Shown here in pieces: positions 24,961 to 32,000 of a stretch of 32,000 bases of DNA. The notes under the pieces are model-generated. The model was not told the origin of the DNA, did no database searches, and saw nothing but the letters and a program-made list of their open reading frames with translations. Each line of letters starts with the position of its first letter. The first letter of the stretch is position 1. The translations under genes and the position numbers were made by a program. This stretch comes from Propionibacteriaceae bacterium (GTDB lineage Bacteria; Actinomycetota; Actinomycetes; Propionibacteriales; Propionibacteriaceae): positions 30,001 through 62,000 of the forward strand of contig JAIRQE010000025.1 in NCBI GenBank assembly GCA_031256725.1. The letters run 5' to 3'.

Positions 24961-25143
24961 TTTGTACCCTGAAATCAGCGTTTCAGAAGTCGTAACTTCA
25001 CAAAGCTCATGATCGTCTCGGATGTAGAGTCAACTTTGTCCACTTTGCCCCGTGAGTTTTCTAAAATCTACTGTGGCTAGCCGAAGTCGGAGTAAAGTAG
25101 GTGGTCGATGACTTTGGTTACGGTGGTAGGGAAAGGATAACCA

Positions 25144-25707
25144 ATGAGGATGCTGATCATGGGCCCTCCCGGAGCGGGGAAAGGAACCCAGGGTACAAAG
25201 GTTGCTGAGGAATTAGGGATTCCTGAGATTTCAACTGGTGCAGTCTTTCGATGGAATATCGCCCATCAGACCGAACTCGGGATACAGGTGAAGAAGATCA
25301 TCGACAATGGCGATCTCGTACCCGATCCCATCGTCGAAGCCCTTGTTGCTGATCGCCTTGCCCAGCCGGATACTGCTCCCGGATTCCTTCTCGATGGATT
25401 CCCACGTACCATCCACCAAGCCCAAGGATTGGATGAGATTCTCGCCACCCTTGGTGTCGAACTTGATGCAGCACTCAGCCTCGTCGTTGATGCAGAGACC
25501 CTTATCGCTCGCATGATGAAGAGGGCCGCCATTGAGGGTCGCGCTGATGATAACGAGGAAACCATTCGCCACCGTTTCGAGGTTTACGAAGAAGTTACCG
25601 CACCCCTACTCGCCTTCTACCGCGAACGCGGACTCCTAGTAGAGGTTGACGGACTTGGTGATGTCGACGTCGTCCACGAACGCATAATCACCGCCCTCAA
25701 GAAGTGA
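25144..25707 (+). CDS. adk: Adenylate kinase (short type, no zinc lid)
   Basis: GPPGAGKGTQ P-loop, LLDGFPRT, and 187 aa. GAAAGGA SD. Confidence 0.95.
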   Translation: MRMLIMGPPGAGKGTQGTKVAEELGIPEISTGAVFRWNIAHQTELGIQVKKIIDNGDLVPDPIVEALVADRLAQPDTAPGFLLDGFPRTIHQAQGLDEILATLGVELDAALSLVVDAETLIARMMKRAAIEGRADDNEETIRHRFEVYEEVTAPLLAFYRERGLLVEVDGLGDVDVVHERIITALKK

Positions 25708-26549
25708 AGAAACGTCGCGTCCCCGGCATCGAAATCCTCAGTGATGAGGATCTGAAATTGATGCGCAAAGCCGGTCTGGTTGTAGCTCGCGCCCTACGCG
25801 AAATGACCTCCAACGTACGCGTAGGCATGACCACCCATGAAGTCGATGCCATCGCTGTCGATGTTCTAGCCCGAGAGGGTGCCACCTCCAGTTTCTTAGG
25901 GTACGAGCCCATGAAAGGGATCCCACCCTATCCGGGGGTCACCTGTCTGTCCGTCAACGAAGAGGTGGTACACGGCCTACCCTCAGAACGGGTCCTCGCC
26001 GAAGGCGACCTCCTCTCCATAGATTTCGGAGCCATGATAGAAGGGGTACACGGGGACGCCGCTCGTTCTGTGGGAATCGGTGACCTCGCTTCCGATGTTG
26101 AAAAGCTGAACATCGACACCGAGAAATCCTTGTGGGCCGGGATTTCCGCAGCCCGACTAGGTGGGAAAATCGGTGACATTTCTTCGGCCATAGAACGATC
26201 TTTGAGGAATGCTGGCAAGTATGGCATTGTTCGTGGATATACCGGTCACGGGATTGGCCACCAGATGCATCAACCACCAGACATCCCCAACTATGGGTCC
26301 AGGGGCAAGGGGCCAATAATCGAACAAGGGCTCTGCATGGCGATCGAACCCATGGCAACCCTGGGTACATCCAACACCGATATCCTTGACGATGATTGGA
26401 CTGTTGTGACCACTGATGGTTCAGTCGGTGCCCATTGGGAGAACACTATTACTGTGACCAAGTTTGGGATTTGGGTACTTACTGAAGAAGACGGTGGGGA
26501 GGAAACTCTTCATCGTCTTGGTCTGCCCTTTGGCCCATTATCTGATTGA
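25704..26549 (+). CDS. map: Type I methionine aminopeptidase
   Basis: Metal-ligand motifs SIDFGA, GYTGHGIG, and EPM...E. Its GTG start overlaps the adk stop (GTGA). Confidence 0.95.
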   Translation: MKKRRVPGIEILSDEDLKLMRKAGLVVARALREMTSNVRVGMTTHEVDAIAVDVLAREGATSSFLGYEPMKGIPPYPGVTCLSVNEEVVHGLPSERVLAEGDLLSIDFGAMIEGVHGDAARSVGIGDLASDVEKLNIDTEKSLWAGISAARLGGKIGDISSAIERSLRNAGKYGIVRGYTGHGIGHQMHQPPDIPNYGSRGKGPIIEQGLCMAIEPMATLGTSNTDILDDDWTVVTTDGSVGAHWENTITVTKFGIWVLTEEDGGEETLHRLGLPFGPLSD

Positions 26550-26590
26550 TTTATGACTGGTTCGCCTATTGATTTGTGACTGGTCCGCCT
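26545..26590 (+). repeat. Tandem 23-bp duplication spanning the map stop codon
   Basis: ATTGATTTATGACTGGTTCGCCT (26545-26567) is followed directly by ATTGATTTGTGACTGGTCCGCCT (26568-26590), with 2 mismatches. Confidence 0.7.
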
Positions 26591-26643
26591 GCCACGGCGG
26601 GACCCCCCATTTGTCCTCGGATCATCGCTTTCGCGATGAGGAC
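26582..26643. terminator. Two hairpins between the convergent map gene and the small Cys-rich ORF (candidate terminators)
   Basis: GGTCCGCC tgccac GGCGGGACC (26582-26604) is followed by CCCCATTTGT. GTCCTCggaTCATCGC tttc GCGATGAGGAC lies at 26613-26643. Confidence 0.35.
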
Positions 26644-26770
26644 CTGCGGAAATGGGTGCCCCCTCCGGGCGCGGCTTGACCCATCTACGAATTTATATGT
26701 AAACCGTGTCGCGTGTTCTGCGATTCTCCTGGGTTGGCGACGATTGAGAGGTTCCTCTTTGGGGGCTGGG

Positions 26771-26950
26771 CTAGCGGCTGAACAATCTGGCTAAGAAACC
26801 TTGGGGTTGGGCAGCAGCAATCTGCTCGGGGGTATGCTGGCCGTTACACCACTGGTCTTTGGATACCATGGCTTTGACTTGGGCGACATGTTGGCCGCAT
26901 CCGGCCCAGGTGGTTTTTCCGCACACATTGCAGGGGACTGGACGACACAT
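26771..26950 (-). CDS. Conserved small Cys-rich protein (59 aa), co-oriented with and 18 nt downstream of the CoA-disulfide reductase gene
   Basis: Not in the ORF track, where a longer out-of-frame ORF 26844..27107 masks it. My translation is MCRPVPCNVCGKTTWAGCGQHVAQVKAMVSKDQWCNGQHTPEQIAAAQPQGFLARLFSR. A perfect AAGGAG SD lies 5 nt upstream. The MCRPV.C..CGK.TWAGCG.HV pattern is recalled from small hypothetical proteins of actinobacteria. Confidence 0.7.
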   Translation of the reverse strand: MCRPVPCNVCGKTTWAGCGQHVAQVKAMVSKDQWCNGQHTPEQIAAAQPQGFLARLFSR

Positions 26951-26968
26951 ATTTTCTCCTTAGTGTTG

Positions 26969-28636
26969 TTATGAAACGAGTACAGTGGTGGCCGTGTTGC
27001 CGAGCCAGGCTTTCAATGTCAGCATCCCACCTGAGAGGGTTTGGGATTCGAGACCGGCGGCAACAAGGATTCGGTGGGCGATGTAAGAACGTACCCCTGA
27101 TTGGCACATGACAGCGATGGGCCGCCCAGCCGCTAGGGTGCGTACTTCCTCGAGACGGGACCGCAATGCGGTGTGGGCGATGTTGACGGACTCCGGGAGG
27201 TGTCCTGTGGCGTACTCGGTTGGGGTCCTCACATCAAGGACGAAAGCCTCACGGCGGGCCCAATCGAGTTGCTCGGGATGCCACAGCTTGGTTTGCCCCG
27301 TGAGTACATTGTCAGCGATGAAACCAATCATGGTGACGGGATCTTTCGCTGATCCATAGGGAGGGGAATAACACAGATCAAGATCGATGAGGTCGGGGGC
27401 TTTCAGCCCGGCTTTGATTGCGGTGGCGAGGATGTCTATCCGCTTGTCAAGACCATTTCCGCCGACTCCTTGAGCACCAAGGATCTCCCCAGTGGTCGGG
27501 TCGATATGGACCACCAGATGCATCTGTGTTGCCCCAGGGAAGTACCCCGCGTGATCGCTAGGATGGATATGGATGGTTGTGTATGCTCGACCGACCTCAT
27601 CAAGTACTCCACGATTGGCGCCCGTTACTGCTGCAGTGAGTCGCCCCATGCGTACGATGGCTGTGCCCAAGGTTGCAGGGATCGGACGGGCAGGGCCTCC
27701 AGCGAGGTGATCGGCGACCAATCGGCCAGCGCGGTTTGTAGGCCCCGCGAGTTGTACGGGATGGCGAAGGTTGGTGACGAGGTTCTTCGATAGGGTCGCA
27801 TCACCAACCGCATAGACGTCGGGCAGGTTGGTCGTACCATGCTCGTCGACCACAATGTACCCTCGTGTGCAGGCGAGTCCAGCATCCTCAAAGACCCGGG
27901 TGTCCGGGGTTGTTCCTGCGGCCAGGACGACGATGTCGGCTTGTACTTCTTCTTCGGTGTTGAGGTGGACGACGGGTGTCCCGGCATTGTCGGTGATCAT
28001 GATCGCGGCTGTGGACTCATGGACCGCGATGCCGAGGTGACGCATCTCTTCCGCAAGCAGCCACGCAAGTTCCTTCTCCAGAGGGGGAAGTACATGCGCA
28101 GCGTACTCAACGACGGTGACCTTCAACCCGCGATGGGCGAGGGCTTCCGCGGCTTCAAGTCCAATGAATCCTGCACCCAAGACGACCGCAGTTTCAGCGG
28201 TTGAGGCATGAGCGGCGAGTGTTCGCGCATCATCGATAGTACGCAAAGTGGTGACTCTCGGATGATTGAGACCCTCGATTGGGGGGCGGGCCGCTTGGGC
28301 GCCGGGGGAGAGGATCAGTGAATCATAGGTGAGATTTTCTTGCCCGTCGGGGGTGGCTACCGTGACCTGATGGGTGGTGGGATCAAGGGCGATCACGTCA
28401 TGGTTGATGCGCACATCAAGGTTGAGTGACGCGGCTAAGGATTGGGGGGTTTGCAGGAGGAGGGACTGTTCATTGTCGATCTCTCCAGACACATGATAGG
28501 GCAGCCCACAGTTGGCGAAGGAGACGTAAGCACCCCTCTCCAGTACGACGATGGACGCTGACTCATCTCGTCTTCTCAGGCGGGCTGCTGCAGACATTCC
28601 GCCAGCAACTCCACCTACCACAATGTACCTATGCAT
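26969..28636 (-). CDS. CoA-disulfide reductase / CoA-persulfide reductase-like flavoprotein fused to a C-terminal rhodanese domain (CoADR-RHD)
   Basis: FAD motif IVVGGVAGGMSAAARL, redox Cys motif SFANCGLPY, second dinucleotide fold VVLGAGFIGLE, and a C-terminal rhodanese active-site loop CQSGVRS. Confidence 0.85.
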   Translation of the reverse strand: MHRYIVVGGVAGGMSAAARLRRRDESASIVVLERGAYVSFANCGLPYHVSGEIDNEQSLLLQTPQSLAASLNLDVRINHDVIALDPTTHQVTVATPDGQENLTYDSLILSPGAQAARPPIEGLNHPRVTTLRTIDDARTLAAHASTAETAVVLGAGFIGLEAAEALAHRGLKVTVVEYAAHVLPPLEKELAWLLAEEMRHLGIAVHESTAAIMITDNAGTPVVHLNTEEEVQADIVVLAAGTTPDTRVFEDAGLACTRGYIVVDEHGTTNLPDVYAVGDATLSKNLVTNLRHPVQLAGPTNRAGRLVADHLAGGPARPIPATLGTAIVRMGRLTAAVTGANRGVLDEVGRAYTTIHIHPSDHAGYFPGATQMHLVVHIDPTTGEILGAQGVGGNGLDKRIDILATAIKAGLKAPDLIDLDLCYSPPYGSAKDPVTMIGFIADNVLTGQTKLWHPEQLDWARREAFVLDVRTPTEYATGHLPESVNIAHTALRSRLEEVRTLAAGRPIAVMCQSGVRSYIAHRILVAAGLESQTLSGGMLTLKAWLGNTATTVLVS

Positions 28637-28645
28637 GGAATTAGT

Positions 28646-28661
28646 ATACCCCAGGGGGTAT
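28646..28661. promoter_or_regulatory. CsoR/CstR-type operator candidate OP1 (ATACCCC-AG-GGGGTAT) overlapping a possible leaderless promoter of the CoADR-RHD gene
   Basis: Perfect 7-bp arms. On the reverse strand, TATACT (28643-28648) ends 6 nt before the ATG at 28636 and no SD is present, which is consistent with a leaderless mRNA. Confidence 0.55.
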
Positions 28662-28737
28662 TGAATGGCGAGTGGGGATTTTCCTGAAAAACGTGGGCTC
28701 GCTCATATTTTCAACTTGCATTCACTCAAGATTGGGT

Positions 28738-28753
28738 ATACCCTGGGGGGTAT
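28738..28753. promoter_or_regulatory. CsoR/CstR-type operator candidate OP2 (ATACCCT-GG-GGGGTAT)
   Basis: Near-identical to OP1, including the flanks (GTATACCCyrGGGGGTATT). It lies 92 bp from OP1 and about 185 nt upstream of the SQR-like ATG. Confidence 0.55.
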
Positions 28754-28936
28754 TAAAGTAGTTCCCTATCGCTAACACAATCTGGATGATGGAGTTCAGT
28801 GCATGAAGGCGATCTCAGGAGTTTTTGCTCACGCTAAAAAGAGCATTGATACTTGTCAACGCAGGTTTTTGCCCTTGTAGCCGTGATGAGTCGGGTGTAC
28901 TTTAGGCCTAGTGCAGTGAAGCAGATTGGATGAGAT

Positions 28937-30391
28937 ATGGCCCGTGTAGTCATACTAGGTGCGGGTGTTGCAGGTCATACTGCCGCCCTCCACGCCAAAA
29001 GAATATTAGGATCACGCCACGAAGTCATCGTGATCTCCCCCAACTCGAATTGGAACTGGATTCCATCGAATATCTGGGTTGGTGTCGGCAAGATGAGACA
29101 GGAGCAGGTCCTCTTTCCACTGGCTCCCCTCTATCGTCGGAAGAAGATTGAGTTCCATCAGGGATTTGCCACCGAGATTCACCCCGAAGGAGGATCCGAG
29201 TCTGAGCGCCCCTTCGTTGTGGTGAAGTCCACTCACCCGGATTCCATAGATCAGGTCGAGCAGATTGAGTACGACTATCTCATCAACTGCACTGGCCCGA
29301 AACTCAATTTCGCAGCCACCGAAGGATTGGGTCCCGAGGGTCATAGCCTGTCGGTATGTACTGCCTCCCATGCGGTGGAGGCTGCCGAGAATCTCAAGGT
29401 GGCCATCGACAAACTCAAGCAGAGCCAACCGCAACGCTTTGTGGTGGGTACAGGCCACGGAACATGTACATGCGAGGGTGCGGCCTTCGAGTACACCTTC
29501 AACCTCGATCACGTTCTGCGCGAGGAAGGGGTACGCGACCAAGCCGAGGTGATCTACCTCACCAACGAAGCCGAACTCGGCGACTTCGGTGTTGGCGGGC
29601 TCACTTTCACACAGCAGGGGTTCCAAACAACCTCGCGGCTGTGGACTGAGTCCCTCTTCCGCGAAAGGGAGGTACGCCCCATACTCGGCGCCCATTGTAC
29701 GAAGATCGAAGAGGGGGTCATCCATTATGAGCAACTCGATGGGACAACCCACACGCTGGACTTCGATTTTGCGATGCTGCTGCCGCCATTCAAGGGCGCT
29801 GATTTGAAGGCCTACAACCGTACGGGTGAGGATATTTCAGATCAGATCTTCAACCCGGCAGGATTCATGAAAGTGGATGGCAATTATGCGGTCGGTAGCT
29901 ACGAAAACTGGAGTGCCTCAGATTGGCCGAAGACCTATCAGTCACCGGTGTACGACAATATCTATGCTGCCGGGATTGCCTTTGCCCCACCGCATCAGAT
30001 TTCAGTACCGCGGACTAGCCCCAATGGAACGATCATCACCCCAGCACCCCCTCGAACGGGTATGCCATCGGGGATGATCGCCAAGGCGGTCGTACTCACG
30101 GTCGTTGACCGAATTCAAGGAAAGAAAACCCCGCCACACGAGGCACCCATGTCCTCCATGGGGGCTGCCTGTATCGCCTCAGCGGGAATGGGATTCTTGC
30201 GCGGATCAGCCGCCTCAATGACCATGCATCCCGTGGTACCAGACTGGGATACCTATCCTGAAACCGGGCGTGACCTCAAAGGTACATCCGGTGAGATCGG
30301 ACTTGCAGGACACTGGATGAAGCACATCCTCCACATCCTGTTCTTGTACAAAGCCAAAGCCCGCCCGATGTGGTGGCTCATCCCCGAGTGA
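28937..30391 (+). CDS. sqr: Sulfide:quinone oxidoreductase-like FAD-dependent oxidoreductase
   Basis: N-terminal FAD fold VVILGAGVAGHTAA. Cys-containing segments GTGHGTCTCEGAAFEY and MGAACIASAG sit where SQR redox cysteines lie. The C-terminus is amphipathic. The gene is divergent from CoADR-RHD. Confidence 0.7.
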   Translation: MARVVILGAGVAGHTAALHAKRILGSRHEVIVISPNSNWNWIPSNIWVGVGKMRQEQVLFPLAPLYRRKKIEFHQGFATEIHPEGGSESERPFVVVKSTHPDSIDQVEQIEYDYLINCTGPKLNFAATEGLGPEGHSLSVCTASHAVEAAENLKVAIDKLKQSQPQRFVVGTGHGTCTCEGAAFEYTFNLDHVLREEGVRDQAEVIYLTNEAELGDFGVGGLTFTQQGFQTTSRLWTESLFREREVRPILGAHCTKIEEGVIHYEQLDGTTHTLDFDFAMLLPPFKGADLKAYNRTGEDISDQIFNPAGFMKVDGNYAVGSYENWSASDWPKTYQSPVYDNIYAAGIAFAPPHQISVPRTSPNGTIITPAPPRTGMPSGMIAKAVVLTVVDRIQGKKTPPHEAPMSSMGAACIASAGMGFLRGSAASMTMHPVVPDWDTYPETGRDLKGTSGEIGLAGHWMKHILHILFLYKAKARPMWWLIPE

Positions 30392-30441
30392 CAAGAGATG
30401 ATCATGAAGGTGATCAACTGTGACGACTCATCCCCGAGTGA
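30377..30441 (+). repeat. 15-bp perfect direct repeat CTCATCCCCGAGTGA duplicating the sqr 3' end
   Basis: Copies at 30377-30391 (the last codons plus stop of sqr) and 30427-30441, 50 bp apart. Confidence 0.7.
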
Positions 30442-30452
30442 AAGGAACCACG

Positions 30453-30611
30453 ATGGATGCTTTTGATCCGGCTGCCCAACAAAGAATCGACGGGGCACCA
30501 CTACCGACCAAGAAGACTCTTCAACGTCGCAGGAACCCTGTGTACCAACTGATTCGATTGGCTGCCATCAACATCAAGATGATTAAGGTTATTGCCGCTT
30601 CACATCATTAG
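30453..30611 (+). CDS. Small hypothetical protein (52 aa) downstream of sqr
   Basis: MDAFDPAAQQRIDGAPLPTKKTLQRRRNPVYQLIRLAAINIKMIKVIAASHH. AAAGGA lies 8 nt upstream of the ATG. The C-terminus forms a basic/amphipathic helix. Family not recognised. Confidence 0.3.
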   Translation: MDAFDPAAQQRIDGAPLPTKKTLQRRRNPVYQLIRLAAINIKMIKVIAASHH

Positions 30612-30699
30612 TGTTTGGCTTGGTTGTCAGGGAACGTATCTCGTGACACCGGATGTCATACAGTATTTTCACCACTGGCGTATTTAGCTGTGGTTGGTT

Positions 30700-30812
30700 C
30701 TCGTAGAGGGTGGGAGTCTTCATCCTCAGGCACATTCACGGACGCGATTCCTTGGAATCGCATCCCCCATTCGGGGGACGTCCCGAGAACGAAGACTCCC
30801 ACCCTCTACGAG
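30700..30812. repeat. 113-bp element closed by a perfect 22-bp inverted repeat and enclosing two small hairpins
   Basis: CTCGTAGAGGGTGGGAGTCTTC (30700-30721) and GAAGACTCCCACCCTCTACGAG (30791-30812) are exact reverse complements. Inside are GCGATTCC-tt-GGAATCGC and CCCCC-attc-GGGGG. The element lies between convergent genes. Confidence 0.7.
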
Positions 30813-30824
30813 CTAGTTACTAGA

Positions 30825-31346
30825 CTATCGACGGCGATCTTGGCGGGCCAGGATCTCTTCAACGGGTGGGAAGAGCCAGGAATCTACGGCTAGGAAGGGT
30901 TTCTTGGCCACTATGAGCCAGACTCCACAGGCTAGGAGACCGATGTCCTCTGCGATCCTTATGGGATAGTTCTTGCTGGCGGTCTCCCAGTCAATGGGGC
31001 CACCGTCACCGAAACATCCACAGTCAATGGCGATGCCGCGAGCCCAGACACTGGCGATAGCGATGATGAAGGCCAGCATCATGAGCGCCCCAAAGAGCCC
31101 CATGGCCCGAGTGAAGAAACCGATGATGAGCATGATCCCCAAAGCGATCTCGGCGAAGGGCAGGATGAACCCCACGATGCGCGCGGCCTCGTAGGGGATC
31201 AACTGGTAAGCCGCAGTAGCATGAACGGAGCCATTGAGGTTCCCGACTTTCAGTGCGCCAGCTACGACGAGGACAGTTCCCAGAACCAGTCGAGCAACCA
31301 AGGAGACCCAATTCTTCCATTCACGGGCATCAGCAGAAAAACTCAT
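30825..31346 (-). CDS. MauE/DoxX-family integral membrane protein
   Basis: Four predicted TMs and the IAIDCGCFGDGG motif typical of MauE-type proteins. ATG 31346 was chosen; the listed ORF starts at TTG 31406. Confidence 0.7.
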   Translation of the reverse strand: MSFSADAREWKNWVSLVARLVLGTVLVVAGALKVGNLNGSVHATAAYQLIPYEAARIVGFILPFAEIALGIMLIIGFFTRAMGLFGALMMLAFIIAIASVWARGIAIDCGCFGDGGPIDWETASKNYPIRIAEDIGLLACGVWLIVAKKPFLAVDSWLFPPVEEILARQDRRR

Positions 31347-31465
31347 GTACCCATTGTAATACTCAAACAAGATTTCGTGATTAGAGACTTCTTGGCACCC
31401 AATCAACCCCCAGATAATCTGTGGACAGGTATCTGGATTGGGGGAGAGTATGACACACTGGAGAT

Positions 31466-32000
31466 ATGTCAGATCCTATGGTTCCCCCTGTCCCAGTTCA
31501 ATCTGTACCCCCAAATCCTGATTCGGCGCAGCCTGCTGCACCAATAATGGTTCCTGCGCTACATCAGCCCAAGCTTTTCCAACCCAAGCAACTGAAGGAC
31601 TATATGAGGTTCTTTCAGGTACCAGCTCGGCCATGGTGGTGGGCCTTCATCGCCTTTGCCGCATTCGTGGCAGCTCTGGGTATCTCGTTGGTTCTGCTGA
31701 GCATCCCTTTGCTTTTCCTCGAACCTGAGTTTGCACTAGGTACCCTCGCTGGGGAAATGGTGATCACTCCCGTGGTCTTCTTAATGAACAACATCATGAT
31801 CATTGCCGCGATACCCCTGGCGATACTCACATCATGGTTGTTCTATAAGCAGGGCTTTGGATGGTTATCTTCGGTGGTGGGACGATTCCGCTGGAAGTGG
31901 CTGGGGTTCACCCTCGGCGTTTTTGCGGCTGGATATCTCGTTTGGTACGTCGTCGAATTCCTGATCATGAGGGATACTGAGGCCTACTCGAATCTGTCAG
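31466..32000 (+). CDS. Polytopic membrane protein, possibly a CPBP-family intramembrane protease (N-terminal 178 codons; runs off the window)
   Basis: Absent from the ORF track because it is open-ended. My translation is MSDPMVPPVPVQSVPPNPDSAQPAAP...RPWWWAFIAFAAFVAALGISLVLL...GRFRWKWLGFTLGVFAAGYLVW.... An in-frame stop at 31451-31453 makes 31466 the first ATG. The diagnostic CPBP motifs would lie beyond the window. Confidence 0.5.
   Translation, partial: MSDPMVPPVPVQSVPPNPDSAQPAAPIMVPALHQPKLFQPKQLKDYMRFFQVPARPWWWAFIAFAAFVAALGISLVLLSIPLLFLEPEFALGTLAGEMVITPVVFLMNNIMIIAAIPLAILTSWLFYKQGFGWLSSVVGRFRWKWLGFTLGVFAAGYLVWYVVEFLIMRDTEAYSNLS

Noticed and set aside
26844-27107. 87-aa minus-strand ORF from the track
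   Set aside because: It overlaps the 3' end of the CoADR-RHD gene out of frame. The 59-aa ORF in another frame (26771-26950) has a perfect SD and a recognisable conserved Cys pattern, so it explains this region better.
29012-29752. 246-aa minus-strand ORF inside the SQR-like gene
   Set aside because: It is antisense to a gene with a clear FAD-binding N-terminus and full-length oxidoreductase architecture.
30392-30460. 22-aa ORF (MIMKVINCDDSSPSERNHDGCF) between the two copies of the 15-bp repeat
   Set aside because: It is very short, has no SD, and overlaps the SD and start of the next ORF. It is likely a by-product of the duplication.
1-32000. Search for tRNA, rRNA, tmRNA, CRISPR arrays and known riboswitch cores
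   Set aside because: By eye I found no T-loop/anticodon-arm architecture (GTTCRANYC-type motifs in a cloverleaf context), no rRNA-like conserved blocks and no regular repeat-spacer arrays. A covariance-model scan is needed for certainty.

Overview
This window looks like chromosome from a mid/high-GC Gram-positive bacterium, probably an actinobacterium. That is an inference from gene content (cydAB plus a fused cydDC, a THUMP-like methyltransferase, an MCRP-type small Cys protein, a possible leaderless start). I found no rRNA, tRNA or CRISPR.

Gene order, left to right:
- 1-6422 (- strand): a LacI-controlled sugar operon. It carries a FucU/RbsD-like mutarotase, a two-domain ABC ATPase, a permease, a lipoprotein binding protein and LacI, followed by a fucose-isomerase-family gene. 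Two identical perfect 14-bp operators are present.
- 6993-9567: an MscS-family channel, a HAD hydrolase and LemA.
- 9860-16133: cydA, cydB, a terminator, then a single fused cydDC gene.
- 16141-19024: a SIMPL/DUF541 protein with an S/T-D-R repeat tail, a SAM methyltransferase and a small GNAT.
- About 19.2-23.1 kb: an AT-richer islet. It carries a four-gene lactococcin-972-type bacteriocin cassette (secreted precursor, large polytopic membrane protein, ABC ATPase, membrane-anchored accessory protein) and ends in an IS481-like transposase fragment.
- 23367-26549: a MaoC-like dehydratase, pheA, adk and map.
- 26771-31346: a likely sulfide/persulfide module. CoA-disulfide reductase-rhodanese plus an ORF-track-missed 59-aa Cys-rich ORF face a sulfide:quinone oxidoreductase-like gene, with two CsoR/CstR-type palindromes between them. 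A MauE/DoxX membrane protein follows.
- 31466-32000: a membrane protein that runs off the right edge.

Non-coding structure worth noting: a dispersed repeat family with at least four copies (one pair forms a roughly 29-bp-stem hairpin), a 113-bp element closed by a perfect 22-bp inverted repeat, and short duplications at two stop codons.

The most interesting item is the bacteriocin islet. All family calls come from reading translations and from memory of families; no searches were run.
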